DNA from: Squalus acanthias
Lineage: Eukaryota
Direction of reading: 5' to 3'
Assembly: GCA_030390025.1 (NCBI GenBank)
Contig: CM059432.1
Location: 115,818,001 to 115,882,000 of the forward strand
DNA: 64,000 nt
Shown here: one piece after another, positions 26,594-38,238 of the stretch
How positions within the stretch are numbered: position 1 is the stretch's first letter
How the letters are laid out: the number at the start of each line of letters is the position of its first letter
Made by a program: the position numbers and the translations under genes
Notes under the pieces: generated by a model
What the model was told of the DNA's origin: nothing
What the model saw: the letters and a program-made list of their open reading frames with translations, nothing else
Databases searched by the model: none

Positions 26594-29500
26594 CACACAC
26601 GTGTTAGCCTGCGTCTTGGACACTTGCAGTTCCTCAGCAGCCAAACACGCGGGCAGTCCTGGGGATTTCTAGAGGTGTATGCTGGATATAATTACCAGCC
26701 CTTGTCGTTGATTCACGCCGTCCCGGGTCCGTTCGACTCCAGAGGCATGCGATGAGGCCTAGAGAGTTACGTTCAGGCGGTACGGCGAGGCACTCACTTC
26801 GGGCATTCCTGGAGAGTTGACGGACGCGTAGCTACGTGGAGAACCCCATTACAGATGGTAGAGAAAAGCAAGCCCTGAATCCCCAAAGTTCAGCATTTTT
26901 ATACCCCGTATAATACACAAAACTGGCTGGGCAATTCCTGGTTACCATGGTCGCAGAAATGCTAGTTGGTCTTCCTGGTGATGTCTCTGTCCTGGATTGG
27001 TCATCTTGATGAAAACAATGGTAGGCCATTACTGTAGATGAGCAGTTCTCGAAGTGCTAACTGTTTGTTAAGTTCTTGACTGCTCCTTCATTGAAAGAGT
27101 CCAGAGGTGTTACTTTTGGCCTGCAAACCTCATTATCCATCCAGACATCCCGGCTCCATGGACAAAAGGTGTTTTTCCACAAATCACATAAGTTCGAATA
27201 TGAAAAGGATCCTGCCTTTCATGACGTCAGCATTGAGACTGGTCCCATGGCAACCCAAAAGACAGACAGTTCCTGCTATCTTCACAGAAACCAGCAGGCA
27301 GTCCTTTTTAAAGTCCAAAAATCATTTTGAAACGCAGCCCAAGTGCATCTCCATTTTAAAAGGGTACATATCCATTTTAAAAGTCCAAAGATTCTTCAGG
27401 CACATTCAGCCGAGTACTGGAGGGCTCCTCCCGAGCGATCAAGGCAGTGGAACCGTTGCTTGAGCACTCTGATGCTCTGCTCGATGATGTTCCTGGTGGC
27501 AGCATGGCTCTCATTATATGAGTGCTGTGCAGGAGTGTTGGGGTTGCAGAGGGGAGTCATCAGCCAGGTGGAGAGCGGTTAGCCCTTGTCTCCCAACAGC
27601 CAGCCGCGAGCTTGATGTGGTGGCCGAATCAGAGCTGGCACACCGGTCTGGTGCAGGATGAAGACATCATGGCTGCTGCCAGGATAGCGGGCATTGATGG
27701 TGAGGATTCGCTGTCTGTGGTCGCACACCAACTGCACATTAAGTGAGTGGTAGCCTTTGCGGTTACGAATACCTCAGGATTGTTACAGGGTGTCCGCAGA
27801 GCGACGTGGGTGCAGTCAATGGCGCCCTGCACCATGGGGAAGCCTGCTATCCTGGCAAAGCCACATGCACGCTCGTGCTGCTTCTCTCTGGTCATGGGGA
27901 AGGAAATGTAGTCCCTTCTCCTTCTGTAGAGAGCATCTGTGACCTCGCAGATGCAGCAATGGATGGCAAACTGCGAAATTTTCGCTATATCTCCTGTTGA
28001 ACACTGGAAGGATCCGCTGGCATAGAAATTGAGGGCAACGGTGACCTTGACTGCCACTGAGAGAGACGTGGTGCTCCTGATGTGAGGCTCGAGGTCTGGC
28101 TGCAGGAGGTGGCAGGGCTCTGTGACCATGTCCTTGGTGAAGCGAAGCCTTCTAAGACACTGTTCCTCAGTGAGATTGATGTAGGAGAACTGCTGCCGGA
28201 ATACCCTGGGAGGGTCAGGCCTCCTGTTGAGAGCCCTGTTGGCCCTCCTCCCTCTGGCCACATTTTGTAATCTCTCTCTCTGCCTCCGCTGCCTCTGATG
28301 TTGACGCTGGTGGGCGAGGTCCAGTGCCAGTACAGCCCCCATTGAAGTATGGAAATGTTGCACTTTAAAATCTCACCTAAATGAAAGTGAATAATTTTTC
28401 TGAGGCAGACGACTCCTTCAACTGAAAAATGCTGAAATCGCTCGAAACGCCTGTTTGACTATGTCAAACTGACAAGGCAGCAGTCTTTGCCGACTAAAAA
28501 TAAACCAGATGTTGATGTCTTTATATGGCGCTCCTCCAGCGCTCATCCGACTGCAAACCGCCTCCTCTACCTGTTGGTGCTAACAGCAGGCGCTCAGGCA
28601 GGGGGTGAGAGTGAATTTCTGAGCTGGGGCACTGCGCACCTGGATGACATCATGATCTCTGGGCGCAGGAGAGCGTGGCACTAGTGGTTACCGCCGCTGC
28701 AAACCTCCACTTCAATTTCACGGGTGTTGGTACTATGGCCGCGCCCGGTCGCTAAGCCGGTAGCGCCCCATTAGCATCTCCTGGAGGCGCTAATGGGAGG
28801 TGCAAAGGTAACCAATTTCTCCCTGGTTCTCTCTCGACTGATGTTGCCTGACCTGCTGAGAATTTGCAGCATTTTATGTCTTCTCAGAGGCCTTCCTTTA
28901 CCATCCGAGGCCTTGCAAGCATCCAGTAGCACTCCATGCACAATTAAAAAACTTTTAACATGTAATACAGCAAGCCACTACTTCAATAAAGTCAAAAAAC
29001 CCTGTCCAAAAGCGTAAATGCAAACTTACCTGAAAGATATGTGTCTCCCTTTAAGAGGTGCTGACAGCGTCTGTCAGTCTGCTGCACGCTAGGTTTACCT
29101 GGTGAGCTTAGGACCCAGCGCTGAACTCAGTGCTAAGGTCCAAGTTCGCCGAGGTGATGTTAGTCGGCGTTGTACGCCGACTGACGTCACCTCTCCCTAA
29201 TATAAATTTGCAGGGCCATTGATCTTACCGGACCTCGGAAAATGGCGGATGCCGCGGGACCCGCTACCAGCTGGCAAAAGAGCACCGTCTTTTCGCTAAA
29301 TTCTGATGGTAACGGGTGGCCTAAAGCACCCGAATTTTTAGCCCTGAGACTGTCTCCAATGGAGCAGAGAAGGCGAAGAGGAGATTTAGTACAGTTTTTT
29401 AAATTATGAAAGGATGTGATAAGAATTGGGAAAGAAAGGATATCATGAAGTGAATCTATTTACCCTGGTGAAGTAATCGGTAACAAGGGGACATCAATTA

Positions 29501-29622
29501 AAAATTGTCACTATTGACACTGAGGAGAGAGGTTAGGACAGGGGTGTTAAACGGTTCCATCCGATCTGTCGTGTGCTGTGCCCAGACTCCTGGCATTGAA
29601 TCTAACAACCCGGGAGAATTGC

Positions 29623-32551
29623 TACAACACATGAACAAGACAGAGGAGAGAGGACAGCCTTGCCTGACTCCAGATTTGATCGGAAAGCTTTCCGATTCCC
29701 ACCCGTTGATTAGAACTGCACTACTGATGTCTGTGTAGAGCAGTTGGATCCAATTGCGGATTCCCTCCCCAAACCCCATTTTGGAGAGCACGTCCATCAT
29801 GTACGTGTGCGATATTCTGTCGAAAGCCTTCTCCTGGTCCAAGCTGATTAAGCAGGTGTCCACCCTCCTGTCCCGCACATAGGCGATCGTATCCCTGAGT
29901 AGCGCGAGGCTATCAGAGATCTTCCTGCCGGGTACGGCGCAGGTCTGATCCGGGTGGATCACCAGTTCCAGAGCAGACTTGACCCTGTTGGCGATGACCT
30001 TGGACAGAATCTTGTAATCCACATTAAGCAGCGAAATGGGCTGCCAATTTCTGATTTCTTCCCTCTCCCCCTTCTGCTTGTAGATGAGGGTGATGATGCC
30101 TTTCCTCATGGATTCTGACATGCTGCTGGCCAGAAGCATACCCCCGTACACTTCCAGCAGGTCTGGGCCAATCCAGTCCCACAGAGCCCAATACAACTCG
30201 ACCGGTAAGCCGTCGCTTCTGGGAGTTTTACTCGTGTCAAACGACCGGACAGCCTTTGTCAGCTCGTCCAGAGTTAGCGGGTGATCCAGACTCTCCCGCT
30301 TGCTGTCGTCTAACACCTCCGAGATAGACGACAGGAAAGACTGGGAGGCTGCGCTGTCTGTGGGCTTCGCGTCTTACAGCCCGGCGTAAAAGGATTTGCT
30401 GATCCTTCGTATGTCAGGCTGCGAGGACGTCACAGAACCGTCTTCTTCCTTCAGGCTGTCGATCACAGAGCTCCCTCTGTGTACCTTTTGGAAGAAGAAA
30501 CACGAGCACGTCTCGTCCTGCTCCACGGAGCGGACTCTGGAGCAGAAGATGATCTTGGAGGACTCTGAGGCATAGATACATAGATACATAGATACATAGA
30601 AGATAGGAGCAGGAGTAGGCCATCCGGCCCTTCGAGCCTGCTCCGCCATTTAATGAGATCATGGCTGATCCTCCAATTCAGTATCCCGTCCCCGCCTTCT
30701 CTCCATAACCCTTAACCCCTTTTGCCTGTAGAAATATATCTAATTCCCTCTTAAATATATTTAATGAGCTGGCGTACACTGCCCTCTGTGGCAATGAGTT
30801 CCACAGGTTCACCACCCTCTGAGTGAAGAAATTCCCCCTCATTTCTGTCCTAAATGGTTTAGCCCTTATCCTTAAATTATGTCCTCTAGTTCTGTTCTCA
30901 CCCGCCAAGGGAAACATTCCTTCTGCATCTAGTCTGTCTAGACCTGTCAGAATTTTATACACTTCTATGAGGTCCCCTCTCAATCTTCTAAACTCCAGTG
31001 TGTACATACCTAAACTACATAGTCTCTCCTCATAGGTCAATCCCGCCATTCCTGGTATCAGCCTGGTGAATCGCCGCTGCACCCCCTCCATGGCAAGAAC
31101 ATCTTTCCTCAGATGAGGCGACCAAAACTGTACACAGTACTCGAGGTGTGGTCTCACCAGTGCCCTGTACAGCTGCAGCAAGGTATCCCTGTTCCTGTAT
31201 TCCAACCCTTTTGCTATGAAGGCCAGCATACCGTTTGCCTTCTTGACCGCCTGTTGCACCTGCATGCTCGCCTTCAGTGACTGGTGTACAAGAACACCCA
31301 GGTCTCTCTGTACTTCCCCCTCTCCCAATTTATTGCCATTTAAATAATAATTTGCCCTCCCGTTCCTGCACCCAAGGTGGATAACTTCGCACTTGTCCAC
31401 ATTATAGTGCATCTGCCATTTATCCGCCCAATCACCCAGTCTGTCCAAATCGCTCTGGAGCTTCCTGGTCTCCTCCTCTGAGCCCACCCCCCCTCCTAGT
31501 TTAGTGTCGTCTGCAAATTTGGAAATTTAGAGCGAGGCTTGCTGGCCCTTCACCTCCTGGAGTTCCTCCCCGACATCGACCGCAGCAGGAGCAGATTCTG
31601 CAGGCTTTTCTGGAGTCGGGACATTTCCCTCTGTCTCTCTCTCGCCTTCTGAACACCTTTGAGGATGAAGAACCTCTTGATGTTCGTCTTGATCGTTTCC
31701 CACCCGCGCGCCGGGGAATCAAAGAGGGGTTTCACGGTTCTCCAACCTTTGTAATCCCTTTTGAGTTCCTCAATGTTTTCTGGGGTCAACAGTTTCACGT
31801 TCAGCTTCCATATCCCTCTGCCAACTTTCTGCTCTTCCTGTGGGTGACAGTCGGCCAGTAAGAGGCAGTGGTCAGAGAAGAACACCGGCGTGACATCGGG
31901 GGATCTGACCGTGAGTGTTTGGGACACAAACAGGAAGTCTATCCTGGAACGGACGGACCCGTCTGGTCTCGACCAGGTGTATCTACGCGGCGCTCTGTCT
32001 GCAGGGTTGCTGAAGACGTCGCACAGCTTGGCGTCTTTTATCGCTTCCATCAGGAGTCTGGACATGGCATCCAGTTTGCTGTCGGCTCTGCCGGATTGTC
32101 CAGCCGCATCGATGATGCAGTTGAAGTCACCGCCCAGAATAACTGGCCTGGACGTCGCCAGCAGCAGCGGCAGCTGCTGGAAAATGGCCAGCCGATCGTT
32201 CTGGAGAGCCGGGGTGTACACGTTGATCAGCCTGAGTGGAGCGTTCTTGTACAGCACGTCTGCTACGAGGAGGCGGCCGCCCACCACCTCTTTAACTTCG
32301 GTGATGGTGAAGTTGCCTCCCCGCAACAGAATACCAAGGCCGGAGGCACGGCAATCGTTGCCTCCTGACCAGATCGATGGCCCCTGGGACCACCATCGCG
32401 ACCACTGCCGGTAGTTGCTGAAGTGCGGTAGGCCGCACTCCTGCAGGAACAACAAGTCGGCCTTGACCTTGGCGAGGTACCCCAAGGTGAAAACACATCG
32501 TGTAGTGCCTTTGATGCTACGCATGTTAATGGTTACAATCTTTAAACCCAT
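29623..32551 (-). pseudogene. Tx1 ORF2 N-terminal part (APE endonuclease + RT), interrupted by CR1
   Basis: MGLKIVTINMRS, LFLQEC, GGDFN, SRIDF, SDH, WKLN; PISLLNVDYKILSK, SLDQEKAFDRISH, GVRQGCPLS. Confidence 0.9.
30571..31528 (-). mobile_element. 5'-truncated CR1 inserted in Tx1 ORF2
   Basis: ORF 30678-31487; tail (CATAGATA)n; Tx1 reading KGQQASL|ASESSKIIF resumes across it. Confidence 0.95.
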
Positions 32552-32794
32552 AAATGAATAAAGTCCGAAGTCCCATTTGAACAAGTAGTCCGTTATGCTG
32601 TTCCCAGCCCTTGGGCCTGTGCCTGCATACCCATGGTGTTCGAGAACAGCTTTACTTGCCCTGGGCTGAGAAACCCGTCCTGGCTGTCCTGGCTTCCTGC
32701 AGGGGGGGTTTCGATGGGGTGACGACGGCAGTGTTGTGTAGGGGTTCCCCACGCAATCTCGGCTGTCCTTGGTCGGTGGTGGTTCTTCATGCAG

Positions 32795-32955
32795 TGTCGC
32801 TGCTCCAGGCTTCCCGGAACTGGGGTGCATCGGACGCTTCACTGCTCCCGGTGGTCTGGAGCTGGGGCGCGTTGGGCGCTGAGCTGCTCCCGGTGTCCCG
32901 GAGCTGGGGTGCGTTGTGCACTTCGTTGCCTCCGGTGTTCTGGAGCGGGGTGGTC
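32795..32955. repeat. 42-bp tandem repeat (~3.5 copies) in Tx1 ORF1 C-terminal region
   Basis: CTGGGG(T/C)GC recurring at ~32820, 32862 and 32904; 14-aa repeat HPSSGTPGAAQRPT. Confidence 0.75.
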
Positions 32956-34028
32956 TTTTCTGTCTCCTTTTCTTCCGTTGCGCTTTGCCGCTTTTTCTGT
33001 CGGTGGCGGCTGTTCTTTTCGCGCCTTCCTCGTCAGATGGGGAGCCGCCGCTGTTGACCGTTTGGGACATGAGCCGCTTTTTTCCACAGGGCTGGATTTT
33101 GGCGGCATCTTTCTCGTTTTTTGGGTGGCGCTTTTTCTTGGTCTTCTTTTGAGCTCCTGCCAGTCTCCCGGTTGTTCCCCTGCTGCTTCCTCTTCCATCG
33201 GCTCTGCCTGCTGGGGAGGAGGCTGAGAGCTGGTTGCCGGGGTTTGGTCATTTCCACTGAGGGCCTCTGCGGTGGGAGCGGTGTTGGTCTCCTTTGAGGC
33301 GGCCTTGTTGACGGGTCCTTTAATTGCCTGCGCATAGCTGCCGCTGCGCTTTGGGCAGGCCTTGTAGAGATGGCCTGTCTTCCCGCACAAGTTGCAGCAC
33401 TTGCTCTCCTTGCATTCCTTCGTCTGATGGCCTTCCTGCTTGCAGTTCCGACAAATGGTGGCAGTGCAGTTCGCCGGCACGTGCCCGGATCTCCCGCAGG
33501 TTCGGCACACTCTGGGTTGTCCCGCGTACACCATGTAGCCCCAACTTCCACCGATGGCAAAGCTGGAGGGGAGGTGCTGGATCGCTCCTTTGGCGTCCAC
33601 TTTCAGGGTTACTTTGATCTGGCGTTTGCTCGTCCAGATCCCAAACAGGTCATTGATGTCAACGCTGTTCCTGACGTTTTCGAGGTATCTGCCGAGGAAC
33701 GTCAGCACATCGATGACAGGGATGTGCGGGTTGTACATGTGTACGGTGACGATCCGGTTTCTTTGTGTTGGGAGAGTGAATAAAGGCTCCGCAGTCACGA
33801 TTGAAAGCAGCGCTTCACTCCCCTTTTCCTTCACTGCCTGCAGAAATTTCAGGCATCCCGTGATGTTCCTAAATGTCACGTCGAAATATCCACTGCTGGG
33901 GAAATCCTGCAGAGTGAAGATGTCCGCAACTTGGAATCCGCAGCATCCAGTCAAGATCCTCTTCACGAAAAGGGGGCAGTCGATCAGTGCTTGTCCCTCC
34001 ACCTTCTTCACTGTGACTCCGACTGTGT
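32839..34028 (-). pseudogene. Tx1 ORF1 gag-like protein with three CCHC zinc knuckles (5'-clipped by inversion)
   Basis: CRTCGRSGHVPANC, CRNCKQEGHQTKEC, CNLCGKTGHLYKAC; preceded by YAGQP. Confidence 0.9.
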
Positions 34029-34806
34029 CTTGTTCGTGTGTTGTATCGAACCTTTTGCCGAGTCCATCAGGAGGGATACGGGCATAAGAGGGGTGCCGGA
34101 CCACCTGTCCTTCGTGGAAAAGTTTGTACAGGGAAACACCTTTGATCACAAGGCCATTAAGCAGTGGTCAGCACGTAACATCCTGGAGGCCCTACGGAAA
34201 AAGGAGATGGTGGATCCTGTCGGATGGTTCCTCGAGCAGACTGTCGAAGTGATTTGGCAAAATGCCTCATCGCCAGAACTTACAAACAAGCACCAAGACG
34301 TAGCTTGGCTGGTGGTGAGAAGGGCCCTCCCCGTCAGATCCTTCATGCACTCCCGGCATCTCTGCTCCACCGCACGCTGTCCTCAAGGTATCTGCGGTTG
34401 GGACGAGACCGTCATTCATCTCCTTCTGGAATGTGCCTTTGCAAAGAAGGTCTGGAAAGAGATGCAGTGGTCTTTGTTGAGGTTCATCCCGAGCAGCTCC
34501 GTGACACAGGACTATGTGCTCTACGGACTGTTCCCAGGGACGCACACTGAGACAAACATCAACTGCTGCTGGAAGATCATCAACTCGGTGAAAGACACCG
34601 TTTGGTCTGCCTGAAACTTGCTGGTCTTCCAGTGTAAGGAGTTGTCCACGACCGAGTGTTGCAGACTGGCACATTCCAAGGTCCAGGAGTACGTGCTGAG
34701 GGACGCACTAAAGGTTGGTGCCGCCGCCGCAAAGGCACGATGGGGAATGGCCACAATTTTTAAGGCCCTCCTGCCACTGTACACCGAGAGGCTGGAACCA
34801 GTGTAA
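34026..34806 (+). pseudogene. Tx1 ORF2 C-terminal part with internal deletion
   Basis: VLFVCCIEPFAESIRRDTGIRGV|PDHLSFVEKF; zinc motif RCPQGICGWDETVIHLLLEC. Confidence 0.88.
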
Positions 34807-35339
34807 AACCCCCCTCGGGCCGTATGATGCAGAAATGGCTTAATGAAAATGTACTTGTAATCTGTTTGAGTAAATAGAGTACCATGTACTGCATTCATCT
34901 GTGTTATGCCATATGTAATATGATCTGTGGATTGTATTGTAATGTATTCTAACAAGTATGGAAATATGTAAAGAAAATGTATTGCAATTTGTCTCTGTAA
35001 ATTGAGTGCCATGTTGTATTGTACCACATGAAATGTGATGTGGACTGTATTGTAATGTATTTGAACAAATTTTTATGAATAAAGTATATTTTTGAAACAA
35101 AAAAAAACCCGGGTGAATTGCACCTTTTAGCTTTTACACCACAGCAGTGCTCGCCCACCCCCGCTCCGTGGCGTCACCTCAATGGGGGGGGCGGGGGGGG
35201 GGAGAGCATTCCGTTGGTACAGAGATCTGGCCCCCACTTAGGGATGACCGGAAACGGAATCAATGGGTGGAGGGCAGAGAGACAGAGTGAGGTGAGGTGT
35301 GGGGCTGAGCTGGAAGGGTGAACAGAGACGAGGGAGTAA

Positions 35340-35705
35340 GATGTTGGGGGTCGGGCTGGGTCAGGGCGTTGAGAGATCGGGACTCGGGGGGGGGGGGGGT
35401 GGAAGATTGAAGCTCAGGGCAGTGGGAGAGAGTAGGGACTGGAGGTCGGGGAGAGGGTGATGGGAGTCAAGGGAGAGGGTGACAGGGACGGGGGTCAGGG
35501 AAAGGGTGACGGGGGTTGGTCTTGGGGGAAAGGCTGACAGTGGGTCAGGAGATCATGGGAGAGGGTGACAAGGACTAGGGGTCAGATAGAGAGTGACAGG
35601 GATTGGAGATTGGGGTGAGGGTGGCAGGGACTGGGGGTTGGGGAGAGGATGACGGGGTTGGTGGAGTGGGTGACAGGGATTGGGGGTCGGGGAGAGAGTG
35701 ACAGG
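35340..35705 (+). repeat. Degenerate G-rich minisatellite (GGGAGAGGGTGACAGGGACTGGGGG-like)
   Basis: Recurrent GGGTGAC(A/G)GG units separated by G-runs. Confidence 0.7.
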
Positions 35706-35708
35706 AAC

Positions 35709-35858
35709 TGCCATTCTCAATTATTATCTTAAACCGTATTATATTATGGTCACTATTGCCTAGATGTTCCCCTACTTCTACTTCTCTTATCTGCTCTGGT
35801 TCATTCCCCATTACTAGATTGAGTAGCGAAACCTCCCTTGTTGGACTTCTAATATATT
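35709..35858 (-). mobile_element. CR1 endonuclease fragment
   Basis: MGNEPEQIREVEVGEHLGNSDHNIIRFK, similar to 10320-10445. Confidence 0.85.
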
Positions 35859-35859
35859 G

Positions 35860-36687
35860 GGGCTCGGGCGGTGGAAAGAGGGACTAGCCATCAGGGCAAA
35901 TGGGGCTTGGGCAGGGGGAGAGGGAAACTAGGGACTGGGTTTTGGGGGAAATGGGGCTTGGGTGGGGAGGGAGAGGATTGGGGAATGGTGTATGGTGGGG
36001 TGGGGTGGGCATGGGGCCCAGCATTTCTTGCAGAGCTGGGAGCAGTGGCAACGACATGGTGAGTGGAAGTGGCGGCGAGAGTAGTGCAGCCGGTAAACGG
36101 TTGAGTGAAACCTGGGGACCTTACAGTGGGTAAATGGGGAAAGATTGTTCGGACTGGTGGGTGAATGGGGAATGGAGACCGAGGATTCTTACTGCGATCA
36201 GGGTGCGTCACCAGCTCCAATACATGATGGAAATACAGGAGGGCCGAGTACAGACCGGCAGCAACCCACTGTGGGACTGTGGAGCTGGAAGGAGCACTCC
36301 TGCTCCTTCACATTCCACAGAAGGAGAAGGTAAAAAAACGTTCCCCACTATTTGTTAAGCGGTCTGCCTCCAGTGGTCCCTTTAAGGACTGCTGCTGTAA
36401 AACTGGAGAAACTAGTTGAAGCTTGCACGGCGCATGCTCTTAGTTTTTCACACAACTTACAGAAGGCTCCTGAAGCAGGCTCAGGACCCTTCTTTGCATC
36501 TCTAAATTGACCAAACGCTGATTTCAGGCAGCCACCAGGTCACCTAAAAACAATGTGGTCCAATATGTTTCTGTACAAATACGTCGCCGCGCAGATTAGG
36601 AGCAGGACCTCGCACCCAGAAATTAGTATACATTGCGCCCGTTTTATGCCCAAAAGCTGGGCAAAACGCAGACTAATTTCAACCCCA
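35860..36687. mobile_element. Harbinger-type non-autonomous element, right part
   Basis: Ends AATTTCAACCCC; contains TCCCTTTAAGG motif; left TIR not found. Confidence 0.5.
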
Positions 36688-36734
36688 ATGTGCCCAAATA
36701 AATTGCTGCAGCACAGAGCTGTCACAGACATGAT

Positions 36735-37687
36735 GGCCCTGAAATTCTGAGGTGATGCTTCAGTGGGAGAGTGGCAGAAACCCCAGAGGAACTACTGGCT
36801 GGATATTAACAGGGGCGGGTTTTGTAGGCGGGGCGCGGGCAGGCCAAGTTTCCCATGCTGTGGAGTTAACTCTACAGCGTGCGTTTTTTGTCTTTGACTG
36901 GTTCCCGCCTTGAAGTCGGCCTCATTGACAGGCTTGGCTTCCAGTCGGGCGGGGAGCAGGTAGGTTCGATCCCCGACCCCAGGGGTGGGGGGGGGGGGTC
37001 TGATCCCCGAACCCGGAGGGGGTGTCCAATCCCGGGGGATCCAATCTCCAATCTCGGGGGACTTTCTTTGGGAGGGTCTAATAGGGGGAACTTGGGGGGC
37101 TGGGGGGAAGCATTCCGGCTCCTCCTGGTCCACAAGCAGTGCTGTCCTCGCCTTGCTTCAGCTGCTGGGTTTCCCGAGGCCTGGGACACCCGGCCGCCAA
37201 CTGTTAAACCTGCAAAGTGGGTTAAATCTGAAGCTGCCAGCCACATTAACATATTTAAATTGCCAACCTGCCTCCTGGCAGTGGGTTGGCTGCCCCAACC
37301 CCTGTCCCACCTCCGTAAAACCCGGAAGTGGGCAAGTTGGAGGCGGGTTGGGGGCGGGGTTCCGTATTTAAAAATTTCACCCTCTCCACCCGCTCCAAAC
37401 CCACCCGTTTTTTGTGCTAAAATTCCCCCAATGTAAATGGCAGTTTGAGTATGGTGGTCCCCTGGTGTTTCCGCCGAGCTCCTGCCCAAGTTATGGCGAG
37501 AGGCAGGTGGTAGCCAATGAGCCCTTAAGCTGCGCGGTCGCCCAGCGCTCTGCAGCTCCCACGCAGCCGGCTCACCGGATTTTAAATTGGAAAACAACGG
37601 GCATGTGCAGTATTTTGAATGGGCCACGCAGCCCAAAAAAAATTAAAGGGAACATTGAGACTGGCAGCCCAATGGAATTTCAGGGCC
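36735..37687. mobile_element. Harbinger-type MITE in a CR1 3' UTR, containing nested MITE 36797-37429
   Basis: Perfect 12-bp TIR GGCCCTGAAATT/AATTTCAGGGCC; TSD GAT; flanks rejoin as CACAGACATGAT-GAGCCGAATGGCCTCC; inner element has imperfect TIRs and ACT/AAT flanks. Confidence 0.85.
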
Positions 37688-38238
37688 GATGAGCCGAATG
37701 GCCTCCATCTGTGCTGTAAAGATCTAAAGAAATGCACTTCATTAAATGATAACTTTGTTTCCCATTTTATTTTGCACCCGTTACAATTTGAAATGTTTAT
37801 TGTCACACCATTGTGCTACTGAGGTCTGCTGCGTGGATTGGTTAAGAGCAGCTCATATTGCAGATTTAAATGTGGAGGATAAGTTAAAATGTATTTCCAA
37901 CACACAATTTAAGCCATTGAGTGAAGTTCTAAACACCTTTTTGGATTTATCGCCACTGTTTAATTGCTGTGAAAGGGTTACCCTTTCCCTATTAGTCAAG
38001 TGAATCATTATAAAACGTGGAGAGGTAGAAAGGAAACTGCAAATTAGACTGGAAATCCAAAGCGAAGCAATCAGCAGCTCTAACAGGAAGCTCGATTGAT
38101 TTCTCAGCTAGAAGAGCATTGCTACAATTGGGAATTCAGTTCTACTGAAGGGTTACACTTTTATATGTTAGCTTATCTTGCTCTTCCACATACTTACTGG
38201 GCCGCTGTGTATTTCTAGCATATTCATTTTTATATCAT

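Larger units (their letters stand above)
24123..27400 (-). mobile_element. Solo LTR (~1.4 kb net) inserted in HB transposase, itself interrupted by CR1
   Basis: Starts TGTAGGG and ends near ...TTCTTCA; minus-strand AATAAA at ~24487; layout like LTR 249-1894; TSD not resolved. Confidence 0.6.
23875..28342 (-). pseudogene. Harbinger (HARBI1-like) DDE transposase, frameshifted and split by LTR insertion
   Basis: AVKVTVALNFYASGSFQ, GFPMVQGAIDCTHV, then [15 protein letters not shown] | RVSLF..CCMLHNL across the LTR. Confidence 0.9.
21672..28823. mobile_element. Harbinger transposon copy HB (autonomous-type, Myb + transposase convergent)
   Basis: TIR GGGAGAAATT / AATTTCTCCC; candidate TSD TGG (boundary uncertain by 1-2 bp); both genes present. 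Confidence 0.9.
21580..28872. mobile_element. Penelope inverted terminal remnant (21580-21669 and 28826-28872), split by Harbinger HB
   Basis: AGAAAATGCTGGAAATACTCAGCAGG ... TCGACCTGAGACGTGAACTCTGT | TTCTCTCTC..GATGTTGCCTGACCTGCTGAG, matching the Penelope terminus at 3740-3830. Confidence 0.75.
19966..29344. mobile_element. Harbinger transposon copy HA (outer, internally deleted), inserted in an old CR1
   Basis: TIRs GGCCTAGAAATC / AATTTTTAGCCC; TSD TGA (19963-65 / 29345-47); decayed Myb gene from ATG 20455. Confidence 0.8.
29623..35105. mobile_element. Tx1-clade non-LTR retrotransposon with 5' inversion (ORF1-EN-RT on minus 34028-29623; ORF2 C-terminus, 3' UTR and poly(A) on plus 34026-35105)
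   Basis: 16-bp TSD AACCCGGG(A/T)GAATTGC at 29607-22 and 35106-21; AATAAA ~35078 and poly(A); L1/Tx1-type EN, RT and C-terminal zinc motif. Confidence 0.92.

Noticed and set aside
27629..28363. Domesticated host HARBI1 gene
   Set aside because: Multi-copy, frameshifted, flanked by TIRs and paired with a Myb gene, so a transposon copy.
29540..29622. Sequence-specific Tx1 target (tRNA, U2 or 5S gene)
   Set aside because: The reconstructed empty site resembles no RNA gene I recognise. A hAT-like CAGGGGTGTTAAAC start at ~29539 has no visible partner TIR.
31550..33070. 506-aa ORF as a novel repeat-endonuclease fusion protein
   Set aside because: Explained by the frameshifted Tx1 ORF1 tail reading into ORF2, which starts at 32551.
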